DNA of 64,000 nucleotides, taken from the NCBI GenBank assembly GCA_032250835.1, contig JAVVEA010000016.1, forward strand, positions 1 to 64,000. The letters run 5' to 3'. Positions 19,166 to 27,812 of this stretch are shown in pieces. Within the stretch, counting starts at the first letter, position 1. Each line of letters starts with the position of its first letter. Source of the stretch: a bacterium. GTDB lineage: Bacteria > SAR324 > XYD2-FULL-50-16. Under the pieces are notes generated by a model. It worked only from the letters and a program-made list of their open reading frames with translations. It made no database searches and had not been told where the DNA came from. Made by a program: the position numbers and the translations under genes.

Positions 19166-21175
19166 ATGTCCTTGGATCTCGCCAGTTTAAACGAACCCCA
19201 ACGCCTCGCGGTCACCACCACCGAGCGCCCCCTATTGTTATTGGCTGGGGCCGGTAGCGGGAAGACCCGGGTGATCACCAACCGCATCGCCTATCTGCTA
19301 GACAAGGGCATGCCCGGTTCTTGGATCTTGGCCTTAACCTTCACCAACAAGGCGGCCAAGGAGATGAACGAGCGGGTGGCGAGCCTCTTGGGCAAGCGCC
19401 CCAAAGGGGTGTTGATCACCACCTTCCACAGCCTTTGCGTGCGCATCCTGCGCGAGTATATCGATCTTTTAGGCTACCAGAAGGATTTTGTCATCTTCGA
19501 CACCTCTAGCCAGCAGCAATGCCTCAAGAACGTGCTCGAAGAATTAGACCTCGATTCGTCCCAAGCCAACGTCAAGGCGTTGTTTTTTGAGATCATGAAA
19601 CACAAAGGGGAAGGCACCCTGCCCGAGACGCTCAAACAGCAGCAGGGCAACCCCATGGTCCAACAGATCGGCCAGATTTACGCCGAATACAACAGCCACC
19701 TTAAGGACTACAACGCTTTAGACTTTGAGGATATTTTATATAAGGCCTTAGAGCTTTTCGACCACCATTCTGAGGCCCTTGAGCCGGTGCGCGACCGCTG
19801 GCGCTACTTGATGGTTGACGAATACCAGGACACCAACCGGGTGCAGTACCGCATCATCAAAGAATTGGCCTTAAAGCGACGCCAGCTTTGCGTGGTCGGC
19901 GACGACGACCAATCTATCTACGGCTGGCGCGGCGCGGACATCCGCAACATCTTGGACTTCCAAAAGGACTTCCCGGACTGCGAGGTGATCCGCCTAGAGC
20001 AAAACTACCGCAGCACCCAAGTGATCCTCGACGCCGCCAACAGCGTGATCGAAAACAACAGCGAGCGGATGGCCAAACAGCTTTGGACCTCCGACCAAAG
20101 TGGCGACAAACTAACCTGGGTCAACGCCACCAACACCCAAGAAGAGATGGACGAGGTGCTGCACCAGATGCAGGTCTTCCGGATCTCCAAAAGTGCGAAA
20201 TGGTCGGACTGCGCCTTTTTGTACCGCAGCAACTTTATGTCTCGGGCCATTGAAGAGGCGCTACGCGAAAAGGGCATCCCTTACCAGTTGGTCGGCGGCG
20301 TTAAGTTCTTTGACCGCAAAGAGGTCCAAGACTGCATCGCCTACATGCGCTTTTTGCACAACCCCAAGGACGAAGTCAGCCTCTTCCGCATCCTCAACTA
20401 CCCGCGCCGAGGCATCGGCAAGTCCAGCATCGAAGCCCTCGGCAAGATGCGCAGCAGCCATATCGGCTTTTATGGGGTGATGCAGCGGGCCGCTGATTTA
20501 ACGGACCTGAGCCCCCGCGCCCTGGCTTCGGTGGAATCCTTTGTAGACATTGTCGAAGAACACCGCCTCCGGTTGGCCCAGGGAGAAAGTTTTGCCGAGG
20601 TCTTCCGCAATCTCTTTGAGGACCTAGACCTCAAGGGCGAGCTGGAAAAAGCCGAAAAGGACGAGACGGCCCGCGAAAAAAAGGTGACCAACCTACTTGA
20701 GTTCATCAACACCCTTTACCTCTACGGAGAACGCCGCGAAGGGGCGACGCTGAACGACTTTTTGGACTATGTCTCGCTCTTTACCGACCAAGACGGGATG
20801 GACGACAAGGTGGACAAGGTCAACCTCCTCACCGTGCACGCCGCCAAGGGCTTAGAGTTTGACTTTGTGGCCTTAGTGGGCATGACCGACGGAGCCTTCC
20901 CCAACCACAAGGCCGTCGAAGGCGGCGCGGTCGAAGAAGAGCGGCGGTTGATGTATGTGGCTTTGACCCGCGCCAAAAAGCGGTTGGTGCTTTCGATGCC
21001 TGCGGCCCGGATGATCTACGGAGAATGGGTCAACAACCTACCCAGCCGGTTCATCCAAGAAATCCGCACCGACCTCTTCGATAAGCCCCCCTTTGGCGAA
21101 GAAAATGAAGAGGCCTCTAAGGCCCGCGCCGCCGATGCCCGCGCTAAATTTATGGAGCGTTTCAAGAAATCTTAA
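19166..21175 (+). CDS. UvrD/Rep/PcrA family SF1 DNA helicase
   Basis: AGAGSGKT, TFTNKAA, VDEYQD, GDDDQSIYGWRGA, LEQNYRS and EERRLMYVALTRA motifs. Confidence 0.96.
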   Translation: MSLDLASLNEPQRLAVTTTERPLLLLAGAGSGKTRVITNRIAYLLDKGMPGSWILALTFTNKAAKEMNERVASLLGKRPKGVLITTFHSLCVRILREYIDLLGYQKDFVIFDTSSQQQCLKNVLEELDLDSSQANVKALFFEIMKHKGEGTLPETLKQQQGNPMVQQIGQIYAEYNSHLKDYNALDFEDILYKALELFDHHSEALEPVRDRWRYLMVDEYQDTNRVQYRIIKELALKRRQLCVVGDDDQSIYGWRGADIRNILDFQKDFPDCEVIRLEQNYRSTQVILDAANSVIENNSERMAKQLWTSDQSGDKLTWVNATNTQEEMDEVLHQMQVFRISKSAKWSDCAFLYRSNFMSRAIEEALREKGIPYQLVGGVKFFDRKEVQDCIAYMRFLHNPKDEVSLFRILNYPRRGIGKSSIEALGKMRSSHIGFYGVMQRAADLTDLSPRALASVESFVDIVEEHRLRLAQGESFAEVFRNLFEDLDLKGELEKAEKDETAREKKVTNLLEFINTLYLYGERREGATLNDFLDYVSLFTDQDGMDDKVDKVNLLTVHAAKGLEFDFVALVGMTDGAFPNHKAVEGGAVEEERRLMYVALTRAKKRLVLSMPAARMIYGEWVNNLPSRFIQEIRTDLFDKPPFGEENEEASKARAADARAKFMERFKKS

Positions 21176-21473
21176 AAAAAGGGGCCCAGTCTTTAAGCTA
21201 CAGGGCCCCACCGGTCCGGCTTAGGTAAAATCTCCGTAAAGAAACCCTTTTATTGTAAAAATTCCTAGCCCCAAAGAGTTGGCGGAGGTAAGCTCCCTTT
21301 GCCCTCTGTTGCCGGTTGGATTGGCAACCAAAACGAGGCAGGCTACCGGCGTACGGTAAAGAGCTCTGCCCCAAACCAAGCGCTTTTACGGCAGAACAGC
21401 CCCCAAAAGCCAGCTACCGCAAACTAAAAAAATCGCCCATCCAGCCCCAGAGCCCTTGCCCGCCCTTCGCCAC

Positions 21474-22562
21474 ATGGAAATCAAGCTTTCGGTTATCATC
21501 CCTACCTATAACGAGCGCGAGAACATCGGTTTATTGATCGAGCGGTTGATTCTTTTATTGGAACCGGTGGCTTCTTTCGAGATCATCGTCGCCGATGACA
21601 ATTCCCCGGACCAGACCTGGGAACGGGTCGCCCAGTTAGGAGAAAAAGACCCCCGCATCCGCATCATCCGCCGCTTTGGCGAACGTGGCTTAGCCCCGGC
21701 GGTGATCGAAGGCTTCCACAACGCCCGAGGGAAAATTTTAGCTGTTTTGGACGCGGACCTACAACATGACGAAAACCTGCTGGTCCCTATGTTAGAAGCC
21801 ATGTCCGAGCAAGACATTGTGGTCGGATCGAGGATGGTAGAAGGCGGGGCCATGGAAAATTGGAGCCTGCTGCGCCGTTTGGTGAGCGCTGTGGCGACCA
21901 AAATGGCCCATTGGGTCCTGCACTGCGACATCAAAGACCCCATGAGCGGCTTTTTTATGCTACGCCAATCCCTCTTTGCCCAAATCGCCCCGAAGCTGGA
22001 TGCCCAGGGGTTCAAGATCCTCATCGCCATTCTGGCCCAGGCCCAAGGGGCCAGGGTCACCGAGTTGGGCTACCACTTTCGGTTGCGCCAACATGGCGAG
22101 AGTAAGCTTTCATCTAAGGTGATCTTCGACTATCTAGCGGCGCTGTACCGCATCCAATTTGGCCGGTTTTTGCCGCTAGAGTTGATCCAATACAGCCTTG
22201 TGGGCGGTAGTGGGGTTTTCGTGAACCTGGGCTTGTTGTGGCTCTTCGCACAGGCAGGATGGGGGGAGCGCCTAGCGGTGGTCGGCGCTATCGAAGGAGC
22301 TATGGTCAGCAACTTTCTGCTAAATAACCTCTGGACCTTCCGCTCCCAGCGCTTGACCGGCCTGGGCAATCTCCTGTTGGGTTTTGTGAAGTTTAATTTG
22401 GTTTCCGCACTGGGTGCGGTGATCAACTATTCCGTCACCTTTTTTATCCGCGACCAATTTGGCCTGCATTTAATGCTCTCCGCCCTGGGCGGGATCGCCT
22501 TGGCTACCCTCTGGAACTTCACCTTCAACCGCGCCTTGGTCTGGCGCTCTAGGCTCGACTAA
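21474..22562 (+). CDS. GT2 polyprenol-phosphate glycosyltransferase (DPM1-like) fused to a GtrA domain
   Basis: IIPTYNE, DDNSPD, DADLQH, DPMSGFF and GESKL motifs; C-terminal 4-TM GtrA-like region. Confidence 0.9.
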   Translation: MEIKLSVIIPTYNERENIGLLIERLILLLEPVASFEIIVADDNSPDQTWERVAQLGEKDPRIRIIRRFGERGLAPAVIEGFHNARGKILAVLDADLQHDENLLVPMLEAMSEQDIVVGSRMVEGGAMENWSLLRRLVSAVATKMAHWVLHCDIKDPMSGFFMLRQSLFAQIAPKLDAQGFKILIAILAQAQGARVTELGYHFRLRQHGESKLSSKVIFDYLAALYRIQFGRFLPLELIQYSLVGGSGVFVNLGLLWLFAQAGWGERLAVVGAIEGAMVSNFLLNNLWTFRSQRLTGLGNLLLGFVKFNLVSALGAVINYSVTFFIRDQFGLHLMLSALGGIALATLWNFTFNRALVWRSRLD

Positions 22563-22625
22563 AGGCCCCCTTGCCGAGAATTACCCCGGCAGGGTAGGTT
22601 ATAAAAAACCCCTAGGAGACTTTAA

Positions 22626-22961
22626 ATGGACCCAGCCTTGATTCAAGTGGTGAGCACCTTAGCGAGCGAAGCCGAGGCCTTAGAATTGGGCCGAAAACTG
22701 GTTGAAGAACGTTTGGCCGCCTGCGCCCAGGTCTCGGGGCCGATCACCAGCATCTATTCTTGGAAAGGCAAGCTACAGCAGGAAACCGAATGGAAACTGA
22801 CCTTAAAAAGTCGCCAAAGCCTCTATGGCCAAATTGAACGACGATTGGCCCAATTACACCCCTTTGATGAACCCCAAATCCTGGCCCTGCCCTTGGTAGA
22901 AGCCTCTTTAGGCTACCGGAATTGGTTGTTATCCCTCACCGCCGACTTGGAAACAAAATGA
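22626..22961 (+). CDS. cutA: Divalent-cation tolerance protein CutA
   Basis: LVEERLAACAQ, SIYSW.G and HP.D.PQI motifs. Confidence 0.92.
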   Translation: MDPALIQVVSTLASEAEALELGRKLVEERLAACAQVSGPITSIYSWKGKLQQETEWKLTLKSRQSLYGQIERRLAQLHPFDEPQILALPLVEASLGYRNWLLSLTADLETK

Positions 22962-23545
22962 AGCGATGGTTCCTGATGATTGGGCTGATTTGCTTGGCCC
23001 TACCCGCCTTGGCTGCCGAACTGCCCGCTGGGCTGTACGCTAAGATCCACACCAACAAAGGGGTGGTCACCGCCAAGCTCTACTTCCAAGAGGTGCCGAG
23101 TATTGTGGAAAACTTCGTGCGGCTAGCCGAAGGGACCATCAAGTGGCGCGTCCCCAACACCGAAGACTGGGTCACCCGTCCGCTTTATCAGGACATCCCC
23201 TTCCACCGCGTGGTCGATGACTTTGTGGTGCAAACCGGCGACCCCACCGGAACGGGCTACGGCGGCCCGGGCTTCTACATTCCCGATGAGTTTAACCCTA
23301 AATTAGTACACAACGGGGCGGGGGTTCTCTCTATGGCCAACCACGGCCCCGGCACCAATGGCAGCCAATTTTTCATCACCCTCAACCAAGCCCCCTGGCT
23401 CGACGGCAAACATGCCGTCTTTGGGCAGGTAGTGGACGGCCTGCCGGTGGTCTTTAAGATCAAGCAGGGCGACCGATTGGTTAAGATCGAAATATTACGC
23501 CAAGGACCCAGCGCCACTCAGTTTGCCGCAGGCATGAAGCCCTAA
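22958..23545 (+). CDS. Exported cyclophilin-type peptidyl-prolyl isomerase
   Basis: Signal peptide; FHRVV, QTGDPTGTG.GGPG, SMAN.GP.TNGSQFFIT and LDGKHAVFG motifs. Confidence 0.93.
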   Translation: MKRWFLMIGLICLALPALAAELPAGLYAKIHTNKGVVTAKLYFQEVPSIVENFVRLAEGTIKWRVPNTEDWVTRPLYQDIPFHRVVDDFVVQTGDPTGTGYGGPGFYIPDEFNPKLVHNGAGVLSMANHGPGTNGSQFFITLNQAPWLDGKHAVFGQVVDGLPVVFKIKQGDRLVKIEILRQGPSATQFAAGMKP

Positions 23546-23554
23546 AGGAGCCCC

Positions 23555-24079
23555 ATGACCGTCCGATTGCTGATCGACCGCAAGCCCTTTATGGAAAATA
23601 AATACCGCTCCCGCTTTGGCGTGAACTTAGACGGGCAGCCCCTTGCGCGCTGCGAGGCCTTAGAGGGCGACGGGGGCCGTTTCCGGCTGATGGTGGGGCG
23701 CAACATTGACGAGGTCTTGCACCTGCCTTTTGACGCCTTTGATCCCTTGATCGGCCGTATTTATGTCGGTTGGGACATGCCGCCGATGGAGCGGGTGTTG
23801 CTTTCTAGTTGGAGCCTCGACTTAGACAAAAGTCAATTTGAGCTGTTGGCCCGCTTTGTGGCGCTCAAGGAACTACCCCAACTGCGTGGCGACATCCAGG
23901 AACGATTGCGCCAAAGCTTCTTAGAAGAACCTTTGCAACAAGGCTTTTTTGAAGAAAACTTCTTTGACGATCAGGCCTATGTTTTTTACCTCCCCTTAAA
24001 GACCCACATCGACAGCACCATCCGCTCCTGGCTGCCGCCGCTTCAAGCCGCCTTGGCCGAGGCGGCTTTAGGGCTCTAA
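23555..24079 (+). CDS. Hypothetical protein
   Basis: AAGGAG RBS and operonic spacing; no family recognised. Confidence 0.7.
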   Translation: MTVRLLIDRKPFMENKYRSRFGVNLDGQPLARCEALEGDGGRFRLMVGRNIDEVLHLPFDAFDPLIGRIYVGWDMPPMERVLLSSWSLDLDKSQFELLARFVALKELPQLRGDIQERLRQSFLEEPLQQGFFEENFFDDQAYVFYLPLKTHIDSTIRSWLPPLQAALAEAALGL

Positions 24080-24751
24080 ATGGGCCTTTGGGACCTACAT
24101 CCAGGCTATCTGAGCGATAGGGACCTAAAAGCGGAGCACCGCGCGGTCCACCGCCTGTTCCGGGCGATCGACCAAAACCAAACGGCGCGCCAAAGCGGTC
24201 GCCAGCGCCAACGTTTTGAGGGGCACTTGGGCGGCTTGGTTTGGCGGCACCGCCTTTTAACCGCCGAGATGGACCTACGCGGCCTAGGCCACCGCAGCCC
24301 CCTGGCAGAGCGTCCCGGCGACTATCCTGGGCGGTTCACCACCAGCCCGACCGAACAGTTCCAGCAACTGCGCCGCCGTTACGCCGAACATTCCGGGGGC
24401 CGCATCGACCTACCCAAAAACCCGCAAACTCTCTGGGCCCAGTATAAATACTCTATCCTGGCGCGCGATCCGGTTCTTTACCAACAGTTGGGGCCCCAAT
24501 TAGCCCAAGGGCAGTTGGGCTTTGCGGCCTTAGCTGAAGCTTTGTTGGTGGCCTTTTGCCAAAGACCGACTGAGGGAGGGCTGATCAACGCCTACCAGCA
24601 TATGTTGGGATATTTTTCCCAAGCTACCAAAGAGGCACAGCCTAGCCCCCAAAACAGCAGCATCGAAAGCTTGCGAAACACACTCCGTTTAAGACTAAAG
24701 CAAGAGCCCATTGTCTACCTGCTACAGTCCACGATGCTCGCCGAACCTTAA
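24080..24751 (+). CDS. Pyrimidine-dimer glycosylase-like N-terminus plus DUF1722-like protein
   Basis: LWDLHPGYL...L..EHR, EM..RG..H.SP, LWAQYKYS and NAYQHMLGYF motifs. Confidence 0.65.
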   Translation: MGLWDLHPGYLSDRDLKAEHRAVHRLFRAIDQNQTARQSGRQRQRFEGHLGGLVWRHRLLTAEMDLRGLGHRSPLAERPGDYPGRFTTSPTEQFQQLRRRYAEHSGGRIDLPKNPQTLWAQYKYSILARDPVLYQQLGPQLAQGQLGFAALAEALLVAFCQRPTEGGLINAYQHMLGYFSQATKEAQPSPQNSSIESLRNTLRLRLKQEPIVYLLQSTMLAEP

Positions 24752-25242
24752 AAGAAGCCGGAGACCATGGAGAGGTTCAAGGGGTTTTTGAACTGCCGTT
24801 GCTGTTCTTCGCAAATCAGCTCCGTTTCCATCCGGTGGCCCATCACATTGAGACGGCCAAAGATTTGGTCGCGCACCCGACGGAAGGCATCGGCGCGTTC
24901 TTCATGATTGCCGCCCAGTTGAGCCGGGTCGTCGAAGGGTAAATGCACCACAAAGGGGTTTCCCTCTAATTCTTGGGCCAAATCGTCGGCCCCAGGGCTG
25001 AGCGTTACCACTACGTCAAAGCGATAGCGCGGTAGCTCCGAAAGGTTTTTCGAAACCAGCGCATTGGTTTGTATGCCCCGTTCGGCTAACGCCGAAAGCA
25101 TGAGCGGGTGGGGTCCGCCGGAATTTAGCCCGGCTGAAAAAACCTCCCAATGCTGGCCGAAAAGATGGCGGAAAATGGCTTCAGCCATCAGCGAACGGGT
25201 GGCATTTTCAAGGCACAGGAACAGGATTTTCTTGTTAGCCAT
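24748..25242 (-). CDS. LMW-PTP / thioredoxin-type ArsC family protein, atypical
   Basis: ILFLCLENATRSLMAEA P-loop, SAG and FDDPA...FRRVRDQI; resolving cysteines are absent. Confidence 0.8.
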   Translation of the reverse strand: MANKKILFLCLENATRSLMAEAIFRHLFGQHWEVFSAGLNSGGPHPLMLSALAERGIQTNALVSKNLSELPRYRFDVVVTLSPGADDLAQELEGNPFVVHLPFDDPAQLGGNHEERADAFRRVRDQIFGRLNVMGHRMETELICEEQQRQFKNPLNLSMVSGFF

Positions 25243-25460
25243 GGACTCAACTAATTAAAGGTTCAATTTCAGATTGAGCCAAGCCAACTGACTGCGGTAC
25301 AAGTAGCCGTAAAATTTAGGTAAATTTTTGTTTTTTTGCTGTCCATTTTGATAAACAATCACTTTAGAAGTATTTTACTCTTTTCAAGAGCGGCCCTATT
25401 TGTTAGAGAAATGCAACTTTATGTAAAGTTGATCAACATTAACCTCATTTAAACCTTAGA

Positions 25461-26165
25461 ATGACCCAGAAACTTATCCTCCTGGCAGCGCTCGCTTGCT
25501 TCGCCGCCCCCGTTTGGGCGCAGGACGTGGCCGATCAGGTCGCAGAAACGGTAGAAGACGTGAAAGAACACGCCACGGAGGCCTCGGACATGGCAGAGCA
25601 CCGCACCGGTTCGCGCGGTGACTTTATGAGTAACCTCTACGTGGTCGGTAAAGTCTTTACCAGCCCCGGTCAGAGTTATGAGCACAGCGGCCACCGCATC
25701 ACCGGTGATACAGCTACCGGCTTCGGCCTAGATTTCGGCTACAAAATCGGCCCCAGTATCTCGGCTGAATTAGCTTACTCCAGCGGTTCGGGCGACGTAA
25801 AACTAGGCCAGGCCGCGTTAGTTCCCTCCTTCCGTGGCAGCGCAGCCGCCACCACCACCGGTGAAACGACCACCCATGAAGTCACCGATGCGGCGTCTTA
25901 TTCTTCTTTAGGTCTCTTGGGGGTCTACAGCCTGCATTTAGGCGACAAGTTTGCCGCTATCGGTAAGCTGGGTATGGTCAGTGAGTCCGAAGATTTAGGC
26001 ACCGTGGGCGGCAGCAGCAGCTCCACTGGCGTGGTCTATGTATTAGGTTGCGAGTACAAGCTCTTCGGGCACAACGAATTGGTGTTGGAATATGAAGACA
26101 CCACCATCGACGGTCCCCGAGCTTATACCCTCTTTGTGGGCTGGAAAGTGGGCTTCGGTCATTAA
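25461..26165 (+). CDS. Outer-membrane beta-barrel protein (OmpA/OmpW-like, about 8 strands)
   Basis: Signal peptide (VWA-Q), alternating beta-strand pattern and terminal VGWKVGF. Confidence 0.72.
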   Translation: MTQKLILLAALACFAAPVWAQDVADQVAETVEDVKEHATEASDMAEHRTGSRGDFMSNLYVVGKVFTSPGQSYEHSGHRITGDTATGFGLDFGYKIGPSISAELAYSSGSGDVKLGQAALVPSFRGSAAATTTGETTTHEVTDAASYSSLGLLGVYSLHLGDKFAAIGKLGMVSESEDLGTVGGSSSSTGVVYVLGCEYKLFGHNELVLEYEDTTIDGPRAYTLFVGWKVGFGH

Positions 26166-26179
26166 CCGACAAAGCCCCT

Positions 26180-26217
26180 AAAAAAAGGGCGGGACCCTGA
26201 GCGGCCCGCCTTTTTTT
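26180..26217. terminator. Bidirectional intrinsic terminator
   Basis: A7-GGGCGGG...CCCGCC-T7 between the convergent OMP gene and pfaD. Confidence 0.85.
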
Positions 26218-26222
26218 GTCCC

Positions 26223-27812
26223 CTATCTGGGTCGGTAGGTTGCTAAGGCGGGATCAAAGCTTAGCCCCTGCCACTCAAGCATCCTCAAACGAGCCAAGTA
26301 GGCGGCTCCGCGCAACAATTCCTCAGCCACCGCCACCACCTTGCGGTTCGCTACCACCTCCAAGCTACTGCCGCGCACCCAGTCGTTAAAAGCGCCCATT
26401 GCCGGACCGGTCCAAATCTGATAGTCCATTTCCCTTCCGGGCGTATGTGCCTTGGCCCAGTGGCTTGATTGGCCTAAATACCAGCGGAAAATCAACGCCA
26501 TCTTTTTCTTCGGATTCGCCTGAGCCTTAGCCAGTTCGGCGGGGTCGCGGCGGTTAAAGAAATCGACACAGTCCGCCCAAACTTGCTCTAAGGGCTTCTG
26601 GAAGATTTGTTTCTCTAGCTTTTCGCGTTCGGCACTCGGAATCTCGTCGATGTTAGCGCAGTTGCTGTACCATTCATATAGCTTCTGGGCCCGCATGGCG
26701 AATAGGGTGCCCCGGCGCAGTACCTGTAGCTTGACGCCCTGTTCAAACATATCTGAAGCCGGGGCCATGATCACGTCGGCCATCGCCGCCTGGGCCAGCA
26801 GGGTCCGTACATGGTCCGAAGTACCCGACTCCACACAGGCTTGGTTGACCGAACCGGTCACGATATAAGCCGCCCCCATGCTCAAGGCGCCCAATACCGC
26901 CTCGGGCGTGCCAATGCCGCCACCGGCACCGATCAAGATCGGCTCAGGATAGTTCATTTCTGCTTGGATTTCGTTACGCAGCGCGATCAACGAGGGCAAG
27001 AGGTTGACCAAGGGGCGGTTGTCGGTGTGCCCGCCCGAGTCGGCCTCGACACTGACCGCATCGGCCATGGGCACCTGGGCGGCCCAGCTGGCCTGCTCGG
27101 CGGTGATCAACCCTTGCTCCACCAAAGGGCCCAAGAAGCGCTCCGGTGCCGGGCGCATGAAGCGCTCGGCTACCTCACGGCGGCTTACCTTAGCGATCAC
27201 CTGATTCTTGGCGACCACCCGGCCCCCTTCCATCGCCAACCCCGCAACGCGGTAGCGCACCACCTGGGCGGTTAGGTCTAAATAGGCCGAAGCCTCGATG
27301 ATTTTAACGCCCCGCTTTAAAAACAAATCCACCGCGCCCGATTCTAAGGCTGCCTCGTTGGGGCTGTGGATCAAATTAACCGCATAGGGGCCATCGGGGA
27401 GTGCCGCTTGGATCTGCTCTAATCCCGCCAGGACCGCCTGGGTTTCGAGTCCACCGGCCCCGAAGGAGGCCAAATATCCGGCCTTTCCCAAAGCTATCAC
27501 CATCTCAGCGGAGCTGATCCCGTTGGCCATGCTGCCCGCAAAATAGGCATGGGTCGCGCCAAAGCGCTGGCCAAACCGGGCGTCGCCCAAACGGGAGGTG
27601 TCTAGGGCAGGTGCCTGGGCCAACAGTTCCACCGACCCTTTCGCCCCGGCGGCGACCAAGGTGCCGCAATTGCTCAGGTGGACTGCTTGGCCCTGGCGCA
27701 ACACATAAACTGGCAGGTCCAGATTCTTTAAGGCACTGGCGGGTTCGGCGGCCCATTCCTTGGGTTTGGCTTGTAGGCCGCCTTGGATTTGGGCCTTTTG
27801 GGCGTTGATCAT
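26223..27812 (-). CDS. pfaD: PUFA synthase enoyl reductase PfaD
   Basis: GSMANGIS, NLIHSP, EADSGGHTDNR, APASDMFE.G and YQIW.GPAMGAFN motifs. Confidence 0.95.
   Translation of the reverse strand: MINAQKAQIQGGLQAKPKEWAAEPASALKNLDLPVYVLRQGQAVHLSNCGTLVAAGAKGSVELLAQAPALDTSRLGDARFGQRFGATHAYFAGSMANGISSAEMVIALGKAGYLASFGAGGLETQAVLAGLEQIQAALPDGPYAVNLIHSPNEAALESGAVDLFLKRGVKIIEASAYLDLTAQVVRYRVAGLAMEGGRVVAKNQVIAKVSRREVAERFMRPAPERFLGPLVEQGLITAEQASWAAQVPMADAVSVEADSGGHTDNRPLVNLLPSLIALRNEIQAEMNYPEPILIGAGGGIGTPEAVLGALSMGAAYIVTGSVNQACVESGTSDHVRTLLAQAAMADVIMAPASDMFEQGVKLQVLRRGTLFAMRAQKLYEWYSNCANIDEIPSAEREKLEKQIFQKPLEQVWADCVDFFNRRDPAELAKAQANPKKKMALIFRWYLGQSSHWAKAHTPGREMDYQIWTGPAMGAFNDWVRGSSLEVVANRKVVAVAEELLRGAAYLARLRMLEWQGLSFDPALATYRPR

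Noticed and set aside
21176-21470. Hairpins after the helicase as a riboswitch or terminator
   Set aside because: The GGGGCCC/GGGCCCC stem has no plus-strand U-tail, and no known riboswitch motif was recognised.
25348-25362. FNR-like box TTGAT-aaaca-ATCAC
   Set aside because: Spacer is 5 rather than 4 nt and the right half-site is imperfect.
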